The notes beneath the pieces were generated by a model. It was given only the letters and a program-made list of their open reading frames with translations. It was not told the DNA's origin and did not search any database. A stretch of DNA of 63,406 nucleotides, counting the filler, from Chiloscyllium plagiosum (Eukaryota), in assembly GCF_004010195.1 (NCBI RefSeq). It is 3 parts of one record of this genome, joined end to end, with 100 filler letters (N's around TTAATTAATTAA, not from the genome) between each part and the next. Parts side by side here need not be neighbours in the genome. Positions count along the whole stretch, not along the records: positions 24,364 to 55,229 come from NC_057710.1; 2 more parts are not named here. One strand, given 5' to 3'. The position numbers and the translations under genes were made by a program. Positions 37,823-49,445 of the stretch are shown here, one piece after another (the first letter of the stretch is position 1; each line of letters opens with the position of its first letter).

Positions 37823-40640
37823 TGCCCCATATGAAGATGTGCGATGTCCTGTCAAAGGCCTTTTCCTGATTCGGGCTGATGAGACAGGCGTCCAATCCTC
37901 TTATCCTGCATGTCAGCAATCGTATCCCTGAGGAGCGTGAGGCTTCAGAGATCATCCTGCCTAGTACAGCAGGCTGGGGTGAATCACTGATTTCAAAATG
38001 GTTGGTGATGACTTTAGGTTAGATTTTGTAGTCTGCATTCAGCAGTGAAATGTTTTGCCAATTTCTTACTTCCTACCTCTCCCCCTTCTGGTTGTAGATG
38101 AGGGTGATGATACCTTTCCTCATGGTAGCTGACAGAAACATACAGTCATATACGATCAGTAAGTCTTGGCCAATCAAATCCCACAGAGTCGAAAACAACT
38201 TGGCTGGTAAGCCATCGCTTCCAGGAGTTTTATTCTTTTCCAAGAACTAGAAGACCTTGGTCAGCTCATCCAGAGATAGCAGCTGGTCCAGTCTCTCAGG
38301 TGTGCTGTCATCTACAACCTCTGTACTAGAGGACAGGTACGAACTGGGAGGCTGTGCTGCCTGTGGGCTTTATGTCATACAGTCTGTTGTAAAAGGATTG
38401 GGTGATCCTCAGTATGTCAGACTAAGATGACTTTATCAAGCCATCTTTTTCCTTCAAGCTGCCAAGCACAGAGCTCTCCCTGTATAACATTTGGAAGAAG
38501 AAACACAAGCACATCTCATCCTACTCCTGGACTGAAAGATTATCTTGGAGGCCTCCAAGATGAAGAGCAGGGCCTGTTGGCTCCTCACCGCCTGGAGATC
38601 CGCTGTGATACTGGATCATTTTGGCTGCAGCACGAACAGGTTCTGCATGGTTTTTCAGGAATTTGTACAGTTATCCCTGTCTGTCTGTCTGTCTCTCTCT
38701 CCTCTACCTTCTGAACACCTTTGAAGATAAAGAACCTCTTGACATTCCCCTTGACTGCTTCCCACCAGTCTGCTATAGACTCAAACTGGGGCTTCATGGT
38801 TCTCCAACCTGTGTAATTCTTTTTGAGCTCCTCAATGTTTTCTGAGGTTAACGGTTTTGTGTTTAGCTTTCATGTTCCCTTGCCGACCTGCTGGTCATAC
38901 TGTAGGCAGCAATCGGCCAGGAAGAGGCAGTGGTTAGAGAAGAACACTGGTTTAACTTTGGAGAATCTGACGAAGAATATGCAGGGATACAAATAACAGA
39001 TCTATTCTTGAACAGATAGACCCATCTGGCCAGGGCCAGGCGAATGTGCACCACGCTCTGTCTGCAGGGGTGCTAAAGATACCATTCAGCTTGGCGATTC
39101 TAACCATTTCTATCGGGAATCTGGATGTGGAGTCCAGTTCACTGTTGGCCCTCTGGACCATCCATCTGCATGCTGGTGCTGTTGAAGTCTCCAAGGGTTC
39201 CTAACAGCTGGCCATCACCATGGCCCTCACGATGACCGGCATTTCGTCGATGAGGGTGTGCTCTTCTCCTTCTCCCCCTGTGGTGCTGTTCCTCTTTCTT
39301 CATTAGTGGCCATCCCTTTGCACGTCTTTGGCATCAAAGGAGCTGCTGCTGCATCCATCGTGCAGCTGCTCCATTCCATTTTGCTGTGGGACCATGGGGG
39401 CCCGACCTAGAGTGATAGAGTCATAGAGATGTACAACATGGAAACAGACCCTTCGGTCCAACCCTGACCAGATATCCCAACCCAATCTAGTCCCACCTGC
39501 CATCACCCGGCCCATATCGCTCCAAACCCTTCCTATTCATTTACCTATCCAGATACCTTCTGAATGTTGCAATTGTACCAGCCTCCACTACTTCCTCTGG
39601 CAGATCGTTCCATAATGTACCACCCTCTGCGTGAAAAAGTTGCCCCGTAGGTCTCTTTTATATCTTTCCCCTCTCACCCTAAGCCTATGCCCTCTAGTTC
39701 TGGACTGCCCCACCCCAGCGAAAATACTTTCTCTATTTATTCTATCCATGCCCCTTGTGATTTTATAAATCTCTATGAGGTTACCCCTCAGCCTTCGATG
39801 TTCCAGGGAAAATAGCCCCAGCATATTCAGCCTCTTCCAACAGCTCAAATCCTCCAACCCTGGCAAATCTTTTCTGAACCCTTGTTTTCCTTTTCTGGTT
39901 GTTTGTCACTCCCCTGCCTCCTTTATTTCCTCCTCCACCTACATTGACTCCGTCTGTTCAGGTGGAGGTTGGGTCAGTTCTTGTTGTACCGCTGCGCTAG
40001 CTACTTTTTCCTGCTCTCCAACCTGTCCTTCCTTCTTTCTGCCCCTCACTTACATTGCATTGCCGGGGGGGTTGCCTTACTCCCCTTGGGTGTCTATGCC
40101 TCTTCCTGCCATCTGAGTGTATGTGCCCCCTCCCACCCAAGCCACCCCTGGATTGTCACAACCTGATTCTTCTGTGCAGGGAGAATGAACAACAGATCCA
40201 CAGACAGAACGGGGAGGGGACACCACCTCCTTTCTCCTCAAAACCTTCAGGAGACCCTCACATTGCTCCATGGTCCTGAAAGTCACATCAAAGTAGTCCT
40301 CTGCGGGCAGAAAATATCTGTTGCTTGGAACCCGCAGAAATCCAGGAGAACTCTCCTCATGAAGAAGGTCTGGTCGACCAGCGATCCTTCCTCTACCTTC
40401 TTCACAGTCACACTGACTATATTGCAGACACCTGGCCTGGGATGTGGCCACTAGCAGAGCCCATAGCTCTGGTTGACTGGTCACTGAACTGGTGTTAGGC
40501 CGCAGCCAGCATAAAGATCCACCAATTGCAGCTCAGCTCAACCAATGATCCTCCAAGTTATGCTCACAACCACAATCCAGGGATGATCTCGAGATCCTCT
40601 GATTAAGGAAGTCAGCTAAGTCTCATCCTGAGAGCACCAC
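37822..40640 (-). mobile_element. Tx1/L1-clade LINE relic (ORF1, APE, start of RT)
   Basis: YFDVTF (ORF1-like); SICSRIDLLFVS; WWEAVKGNVKRFF; QEKAFDR. Confidence 0.8.
39405..39882 (-). mobile_element. CR1 3' end nested in the Tx1
   Basis: LFSLEHRRLRGNLIEIYKI; atagagtcatagag tail. Confidence 0.9.
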
Positions 40641-41204
40641 CTTCCTGATCATGGTCTCTCCCCTGCCAGCTAAGTATTACACTCCCTGCCAAACCTGAAG
40701 TGTTAGATGGATTTGTGGTCTTCTTCAGACCAGTTTAATTGCATCTAATATGATCCTGTTTGCATCGCACTTGCTAACAATTTCCGAGTGAAACCTAACA
40801 GTGAAAGATGTCCAAGAGCTCAGTGATATCGTAGGATGCTGTTCTCCATTCATTTCCTATTGCTTTGGGGTCGCTGCAAGTGGTTGTGAAAGTGTCACTA
40901 TCTGACATTTAAAAGCCTTCCTCCCACTTCACTGTGGTGATGGAGGAGGTGTAATGTTGCATGTTGTCCACTAGATGCTGCAGTTGCTCATTGTGGACCT
41001 AAAGCAAATGCTTTTTATTACAGTGTTGACTCCTGTTTGAAGACAGAATGTATTTTAACCCACCATGTAAATTGTTCGCAATTTGTGTGCTATATCAACA
41101 TGTCAGCATTAGCCAACAAAATAAAATAATGGTGTTAAACAGGGGATAGCTGTGAGTGGGATTTGGTGTGATCTTTACCATCTATATATTGCATTTAGAA
41201 TAAG

Positions 41205-41436
41205 GTTAAAAATCACACAACACCAGGTTATACTTCAACAGGTTTATTTAGAAGAACTAGCTTTTGGAGCGCCGCTCCTTCATCAGGTAGCTCTGGAGAA
41301 TCCACAACCCACCTGATGAAGGAGCAGCGCTCTGAAAGCTAGTGTTTCCAAATAAACCTGCTGGACTAGAACCTGGTATTGTGTGATTTTTTTAACTTTG
41401 TCCACCTCTGTCCAACACTGGCACCTCCAAGTCATG
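41205..41436. mobile_element. Fold-back PLE mini-element (family B)
   Basis: ~85-bp inverted arms; perfect 14-bp TSD gcatttagaataag. Confidence 0.85.
41310..41344 (+). ncRNA. Minimal type I hammerhead ribozyme
   Basis: CAC-CUGAUGA-A-GGAGC(AGC)GCUCU-GAAA-GC-UA^GUG: stems I and II pair; palindromic AGCU helix III. Confidence 0.7.
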
Positions 41437-41714
41437 GCATTTAGAATAAGTGGAAAACTTCAATTGTCAATCAGCTTCTTCCTCTGCACCAATAAATTAG
41501 TGAATTTCTGGAGCCTGTAAAAGGTAGAAAAAGAAAGGAAAATAAAAGAAACACTTCCCTTCAGCACAGAACTCCTGCTTTGCATTTAGTGCACCCATAT
41601 CAGCACTCTGTGGCGAAGCAGTAATCTCATTTTTCTCCCTCATTTGGTGGATCTGGAACCACATTCACTCACTCAGATACTCCCAATGGAGTTTGTACTT
41701 GTGATTTTCGTGGA

Positions 41715-42070
41715 ATCATAGAATCCCTCCATTGTGGAAGCAGGCGATTTAGCTCATCAAGTCCACACAAACTTTCTGCAGAACATCCCACTCAGAAACA
41801 CCTCTTTATCCTATCCCTGCAACCCTGCATTTTCCCCAGGCTAATCCACATAGCCTGCACATCTTGGGCATTATAGGCAATTTAGCATGGCTAAGCCATC
41901 CAACCTGCATGTCTTTGGATTGTGGGAGGATACAGGAGCACCAGGAGGAAACCCATGCAAACATGGTGAGACTGTGCAGACTTCACACAGAGAGTAATCT
42001 GAGGTTGGAAACAAATACAGGTCCCTGGCGCTGCAAGACAGCAGTGCTAACCACTGAGCCAGTGTGTCAC
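41715..42070 (-). mobile_element. HE1-type SINE
   Basis: gcagtgctaaccactgagcc (reverse A box) and typical body. Confidence 0.85.
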
Positions 42071-42436
42071 CCTACTGGTAAGTTTGACTGGTAGGGTTTT
42101 TGTGGAGCAAAAACATCCTCTACTGCATTTGGGGAGTTGATAGTTGATAGTTGGGGAGTTGATACCCTCATTATACAAATAGTCAATTTTGTGACGCTGA
42201 TGTTCCTTTGTGTTGTTCACATGATGGGTATTTATTCAAGTGAAGGAGGACAGCTTCCTTGGACAACTTTAGCAAGGTCACACTGCCACATACCAGTATC
42301 ATTAGTAAGCACAGTCTCAAGGTAGAAAGTCAGAATTCTGATGTTAAGAAGGCATTGTCATAGGGTTAGTTCAAAAAAGTTGCAGTGACCCAATCTTGAA
42401 AGTTTCAAATGCGAGAGGACTGTCAATATATGATAT

Positions 42437-42536
42437 GGTTTCCTGACGGAAAGCTTATGCTCAAAACATTGACTCTCCTGCACCATGGATGCTGCCTGAC
42501 CGGCTGTGCTTTTCCAGCACTATACTCTTTGACAAT
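42437..42536 (+). mobile_element. Short family A PLE tail
   Basis: Perfect 19-bp TSD gactgtcaatatatgatat. Confidence 0.8.
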
Positions 42537-44254
42537 GACTGTCAATATATGATATCAAGTGGTAAGGATAAATTGTAAAGTCAAATGACATACAGAAAGT
42601 CGAGGGTGTCAAGATGAACACATAAAATTACTCACACGTTCAGAACTAATATATGAAAATATATTTTTAACTGGAGTGATTTGAAATGGTTTGAAAGGTT
42701 GGGGAATGAAAGCAAAATCTGAAAAACTTGAAAATTTGATAGTCTGATAAAGACGTGCCTAGATTATTCAAATGGCCTCCATATCTGCACTTATCTTTGT
42801 GTAAATATTTTGGTTACTGTTATCAGCCTTGCAAATTCCTGTTTATCAGACAGCTAATCTTCCAGCAACATTCATCTACTTCAGATTGAAGGTCAAAAAT
42901 GGTCCTTGTAGTGCCTTCATTCAGAAAAGAAAAATGATGCACATCCTTCAAATAAGCCAACTGATCAATTACTGCTCTGTATTTCTATTATTTTGAGCTA
43001 GAAGTAAGGTACTGTCTGGGTGTTACAACGTTTCAGCTCAATATTTAGTAGTACAAGTGAAGTTGACCAACCTGCAGTTACTGCTGCAATTGGATTAATC
43101 AGGCTCATGTGATTATTCCTGTGCACTTCCCAAAAAAAACATAATTATGTATGTTTAAAAAATGTGTTTAATCTTACATTGCCCTAGAACAGCAAGATGA
43201 AAATGCCATTTATATGCATCTGAAAGTGCAGTATTACATCGCCAAATATCCATGTACTTAAAATGAATAGTCATTTTCTAACTGAATATGAGCTTCGATA
43301 GTGAGTATTAAAAGGCTATCAGACTAATGATACAGTCACGATTGGGAATTTTGAATATATGGAGTGATTGTACTTTCTAAACTTTCAGATATGATACATC
43401 CTGCATACCAATGTGTTAAACTGAAACAAATCAATTATATCAGCCAAACTAACAGTCTAAATAAAGATTCTGAAAGTGTGAAGACCCATTGTGCAGAAGA
43501 AAGGGGAGATGATAACAGAAATAAGAAAGGGCACCAGTCCAGATTTTATGGCTAGTGGTGAAGTGTTGGCATTCACCCCTAAACTTGCAGAAAGCTTTCG
43601 ACAGTGATTTGGAAACCTATGTGGCATGGATATTTCCTTTTCCCATATTCCCATTTTGAATCTGGAACCAAATCAAAGGGATCACCAGGCACATGGCAAC
43701 AATATGTCACCAAGTAGGGTAAGTAATCCATCATGTTGAAATATTCTCATGTAAAACAAACCAGGAAAAAATGTTGCTGAACTTTTCATTAAATCAATGA
43801 AACAAAATAAATTATTGGAACACACAAATTAGTTGAAGTTAGAAGTTCAAATTCAATCCATCATGTCTGTGCAGCTAAGAAAGAGCTATCCAGCCTAATC
43901 ACTTTACCCCTCTTGACTGATAGCCTTGTAGGTTATGACGCTTAAGTGCATATTCACTGACAACAACTTCCAGATTTCCATTTTAAAATCCACATCTGCA
44001 AACTTCAGAAGTTGCTGTCAATTTCAGAGTGGTAATGATGGCAAACACGACAGAAGCATTTTCATTACAATGGCAACATTCAGGCTTTTGGTTCAAGGTA
44101 CATTTCTATATTTAAATTAAACTGAGAAAATCTGAAACAGAAGGACATTTAATTGGATAAGTAGTGAGTCAAATGAAATTGTTTTTGATGTATTTAATTG
44201 AACCACCTACAAAAGTACTCGTAAACAATGGTAATTGCAGAAGGAAAAGTTAAA

Positions 44255-44535
44255 GCATCGCTACAGGGCGGAAAAAGGCCCTTCAGCCAATCAAGTCTGC
44301 TCCAACCCTCTGAAGAGCATTCCACCCAGACCCCTACCCTATCCCCCTAACCCTACCTTTACCATGGCCAACCCACCTAACCTGCACATCTTTGGACTAT
44401 GAATGGAAACTGGAATACCCAGAAGAAATCCATGCAGACACGGGGAGAATGTACAAATTCCACAGTCACACAAGGCTGGAATTGAACCTATGTCCCTGGT
44501 ACTGTGATGCAGCAGTGCTAACCACTGTGCCACCT
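44255..44535 (-). mobile_element. HE1-type SINE
   Basis: gcagtgctaaccactgtgcc head and typical body. Confidence 0.85.
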
Positions 44536-44661
44536 GCTAAAAAACTACTAATGTGTAATTGCACTGCAAAGTGAGATAAATAAGTTATAGATCTAGAAAA
44601 TCAAAAAGATAATTCTTGATCTATGCTAAGGAATGAGTCTGCCAAGGTTCATAAGAGTGTT

Positions 44662-44885
44662 GACAAAAATAGAAATTGCTGGAAAAGCTCAGCAGATCTG
44701 GCAGCATCTATGAAGAGAAATCAGAGTTAATGTTTTGAGTCCTACTTCAGAACCCACAGCCTCACTTGACCTGAAACATTAACTCTGATTTCACTCCACA
44801 GATGCTGCCAGAGCTGCTGAGCTTTTCCAACAATTGTTGTTTTTTTCTCTCTGATTTACAGCATCTGCAGTTGTTTTGGTTTATA
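44662..44885. mobile_element. Fold-back PLE mini-element (family C)
   Basis: aattgctggaaaagctcagcag...ctgctgagcttttccaacaatt inverted arms. Confidence 0.75.
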
Positions 44886-46072
44886 TATTCCTTAAGAATG
44901 ATGTACAATTGACATCATACTGTCACAGTACTGTCACAGGAATCACAATCATCGTTATCTTTCCAGTGACTGCAGCAAGAAGCTTGTATCTATGTGTATG
45001 GATACAGGTTGGAGACAGTATTCTGATAGCTTGCAGAGTTGAAGAGCCCATGAAAGCTTACTGTTCAGGCATAAATAGAATAGATAAAGGAAGTGTGATA
45101 ATATCTGTGTGCTGTATTCAGAAAAAACAATGACAATACATCATCCTTTCATTTTGTTTTATAATGCTCTGTGAAGTGTCTGGGAACACTTTTATTATGT
45201 TAAAGAAAATATACAATATAACTTGCTATGGTTGAAAGAGAAATGACCCCCTTTAGGTTTCTATATGTGTAATCAGAGACAATTGAGTCAAAGGAGGTCA
45301 AAGGTTGCCCCACAGTCCAATATTGGGCAGGTGATGAAAGATGTGTTCAAAGGGATAAACGTTTAGGAGGGAAATGTCTGCTAGTCTCAATTAATTTACA
45401 ATGAAGAGTGACACATTTACATAATGGCAAAAGACCAGTCAGAAGCTGACACTGATCATGACAAATTTATTGAGGTGGACTTTAACACAAGTTGCATGGC
45501 ATGGAAAAGACGAGTGGATCATTAAAATGGGGATTTCTGCCATCTTCTCATCAGGCACCATTGTAACCCACCTTAAGTCAGGCACAGGAGATCACCGTAT
45601 CCACAAGGAGGGGAATTTTCTGTTCAGATTCTATGGTCTATGGATGGCATTGGCAATACAGTTAGACATTTAGCTTCACAATAAGATTCAACAAAGTGGT
45701 CAGAAGATGCAAAGTAAGTGTTTTTACTTTATGATTCCTGAAGATTTCTATTATATGAGGAACAGAATGAGTGCTCCCCAGATCTCACAAAAATCTCCAT
45801 TGCCTCTTCAGCCTTAGTCTTTCTTCTTCCTCTCATCAACAGTACTTCCTTTCAAACCTTGCTGCCAGTGCCAATTTAGGTCAGGGACTACTGCCTTGTG
45901 CCCAGTTGGCTTCCGAACCCCTCTCCTGCCCAGTTGACATAACTTTACTCCTCCTAAAATGGGACAGCTCTTCCAAATGTTAACGAGACCGTTTAATTAA
46001 AAAAAGCCTACATATTACATTCAATTCTTGAGGGGTTTTGCCTCCTGTCCAAACACACTTGAGATAAAATCA

Positions 46073-46301
46073 GGAGAAAGTGAGGACTGCAGATGCTGGA
46101 GATCAGAGTCGAGAGTGAGCCGCTAGAAAAGCACAGCAGGTCAGACAACGTCCGAGGAGCAGGAGAATCAAAGTTTTGGGCATAAGCCTTTCATCAGGAA
46201 TCAGCCATTCCTGATGACGGGCTTATGGCCGAAACGTCAATTCTCCTGTTCCTTGGATGCTGCCTGACCTGCTGTGCTTTTCCAGCGGCACACTCTCGAC
46301 C
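46073..46301. mobile_element. Fold-back PLE mini-element (family A) with back-to-back hammerhead motifs
   Basis: Cores on the minus strand (~46170-46197) and plus strand (46211-46238); 13-bp TSD tgagataaaatca. Confidence 0.85.
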
Positions 46302-46314
46302 TGAGATAAAATCA

Positions 46315-46477
46315 ACAAAACGAAGAACTGCGGATGCTGGAAATCAAAACCAAAATCAGCAATTGCTGTTAAAGAAGCTGCAGGTCTGGCAACACCTCTG
46401 GAGAGAAATCAGAGATAATCTTTCTGGTCCAGCGAAGATGATGGTTGCTGAATTTTTCCAGCAACTTCTGATTTTGT
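46315..46477. mobile_element. Family C mini-element at the same target site
   Basis: Followed by a third TSD copy tgagatgaaatca (46478-46490). Confidence 0.7.
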
Positions 46478-46592
46478 TGAGATGAAATCACTCTTATTAT
46501 TTTGATCTTATTTTTGAGGAACACAATGGTAATGGATCAAACCTTAACACGCATTTGTAGTAAACAAAAGCCTTTAAGGAGACTTTGGAATT

Positions 46593-48358
46593 CACTTCTT
46601 CTGCCGCCTCCGCCTCTGAGCTTACTTTCACAATCAGGACTCCCGCCTACCTTCCGAGGACCCCTTCGCCCACCTCCAACACACTCCATCCACCTGGACA
46701 CCCNNNNNNNNNNNNNNNNNNNNNNNNNNNNNNNNNNNNNNNNNNNNNNNNNNNNNNNNNNNNNNNNNNNNNNNNNNNNNNNNNNNNNNNNNNNNNNNNN
46801 NNNNNNNNNNNNNNNNNNNNNNNNNNNNNNNNNNNNNNNNNNNNNNNNNNNNNNNNNNNNNNNNNNNNNNNNNNNNNNNNNNNNNNNNNNNNNNNNNNNN
46901 NNNNNNNNNNNNNNNNNNNNNNNNNNNNNNNNNNNNNNNNNNNNNNNNNNNNNNNNNNNNNNNNNNNNNNNNNNNNNNNNNNNNNNNNNNNNNNNNNNNN
47001 NNNNNNNNNNNNNNNNNNNNNNNNNNNNNNNNNNNNNNNNNNNNNNNNNNNNNNNNNNNNNNNNNNNNNNNNNNNNNNNNNNNNNNNNNNNNNNNNNNNN
47101 NNNNNNNNNNNNNNNNNNNNNNNNNNNNNNNNNNNNNNNNNNNNNNNNNNNNNNNNNNNNNNNNNNNNNNNNNNNNNNNNNNNNNNNNNNNNNNNNNNNN
47201 NNNNNNNNNNNNNNNNNNNNNNNNNNNNNNNNNNNNNNNNNNNNNNNNNNNNNNNNNNNNNNNNNNNNNNNNNNNNNNNNNNNNNNNNNNNNNNNNNNNN
47301 NNNNNNNNNNNNNNNNNNNNNNNNNNNNNNNNNNNNNNNNNNNNNNNNNNNNNNNNNNNNNNNNNNNNNNNNNNNNNNNNNNNNNNNNNNNNNNNNNNNN
47401 NNNNNNNNNNNNNNNNNNNNNNNNNNNNNNNNNNNNNNNNNNNNNNNNNNNNNNNNNNNNNNNNNNNNNNNNNNNNNNNNNNNNNNNNNNNNNNNNNNNN
47501 NNNNNNNNNNNNNNNNNNNNNNNNNNNNNNNNNNNNNNNNNNNNNNNNNNNNNNNNNNNNNNNNNNNNNNNNNNNNNNNNNNNNNNNNNNNNNNNNNNNN
47601 NNNNNNNNNNNNNNNNNNNNNNNNNNNNNNNNNNNNNNNNNNNNTTCCCCTGCCACCGCAGGAATTGCAAAACCTGCGCCCACACTTCCTCCCTCATCTC
47701 CATCCAAGGCCCTAAAGGAGTCTTCCACAGCCATCAAAGTTTTACCTGCACATCCACCAATATCATTTATTGTATTCGTTGCTCCCGATGCGGTCTCCTC
47801 TACATTGGGGAGACTGGACACCTCCTGAGCGCTTTAGGGCACACCTCTGGGACACCCGCACCTATCAACCACACCGCCCCATGGCCCAACATTTCAACTC
47901 CCCCTCCCACTCTGCCAAGGACATGGAGATCCTGGGCCTCCTTCACCGCCGCTCCCTCACCACCAGATGCTGGAGGAAGAACCCTCATCTTCTGCCTCGG
48001 AACACTTCAACCCCAGGGCATCAATGTGGACATCAACAGTTTCCTCATTTCCCCTTCCCCCACCTTACCTCAGTTCCAAACTTCCAGCTCAGCACTGTCC
48101 CCATGACTTGTCCTACCTGCCTATCTTCTTTTCCACCTATCCACTCCAACCTCCCGACCTATCACCTTCATCTCAACCCACACTCACCTATTGTACTCTA
48201 TGCTACTTTCTCCCCACCCCACCCTCCTTTCATTTATCTCTCCACCCTTCAGGCTCTCTGCCTGTATTCCTGATGAAGGGCTTCTGCTCAAAACGTCGAT
48301 TTTACTGCTCCTCGGATGTTGCCTGAACTGCTGTGCTTTTCCAGCACCATTCTAATCT
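46593..48358 (+). mobile_element. Penelope-like element (Neptune-type) 3' part spanning the N gap 46704-47644
   Basis: CHRRNCKTC; IYCIRCSRCGLLYIGETG; 13-bp TSD agactttggaatt. Confidence 0.9.
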
Positions 48359-49164
48359 AGACTTTGGAATTATGCCATGTTATGCTAAATAATGATTGAA
48401 CAGTCCCAAAAAATCTAAATTCTGTTAGGAATTTGTGAGAAAATCTTGAACCCTGGAACGTCCAACTGAAGAAAAAAGATAGGTGTGATTATATAGGCTT
48501 GCCAATGTTTGCTGGGAATTTTATCCAACAGTGTCATTAAATAGTTCAGCTTATACAAGGGATGTACCCTGTCGAGTTTGGACTTATTGTTTCAGATCTA
48601 TCAGTCACAAAGTAAAATCCATACAGATTTAGAGTTTCACTACACAAATTAAGGTCAAAAAATGCTAAATTTGTGGCTTAAAATGTCATCAATCATATTT
48701 CTTTCACTTGTATTATCCAGTGTTCCAAACTGATCATTGACTCACATGTGCTTTCCAGAATGCTTTTGAATCACTTTTCAGGTTTCTGCCAAAAACTAAC
48801 TACAGTTGAAAGCATGGAAATATTGGAATAATGGTGGTACTATACAAACATCTGCTTCATTGCTTTCAGTAAATTTATATTGGAAAGAAGACTCTGCAAT
48901 ATGCAGCCATTTGCTCATGAGTCAACAGTGCCCACTCTACTGAAGAAGGATTAGAGACAGCTCTAGGAATTTTTTTAATTTCCTTTTAAAACTTATTCAG
49001 GTGATATGGACTTCACTGGCTGGGCCAGCATTTATTACCCATACCTAGCAGCCCTTCAGAAGGTGGTGCTGAGCTGCAGTCGATTTGTGTAGCTAAATCC
49101 AAAAGGCTGGGAGATGGGGAGGTCCATGACTTTGATCCAGTGATAGTAAAGGAACAGTGATATA

Positions 49165-49445
49165 ATTAGATTACTTACAGTGTGGAAACAGGCCCTTCAG
49201 CCCAACAAGTCCACACTGACCCTCCAAAGAGCAACCCACCTAGACCCATCCCCCTACACCGAACACTACGGGCAATTTAGCATGGCCAATTCACCTAACC
49301 TTCACATTTCTGGACTGTGGGAGGAAACCCACACAGACACAGGGAGAATGTGCAAACTCCACACAGACAGTTGTCTGAGGCAGGAATTGAACCCGGGTCT
49401 CTGGCGCTGTGAGGCAGCAGTGCTAACCACTGTGCCACTGTGCCA
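49165..49445 (-). mobile_element. HE1-type SINE nested in a LINE tail (~48970-49500)
   Basis: ttagattacttacagtgtgg tail; reverse A and B boxes. Confidence 0.85.

Noticed and set aside
43178..43183. 6-nt minus-strand microexon (ctag|GGCAAT|gtaaga)
   Set aside because: Cannot be distinguished from chance without expression data
46502..48106. ORFs of 376-534 aa
   Set aside because: Artefact of the N gap within a PLE
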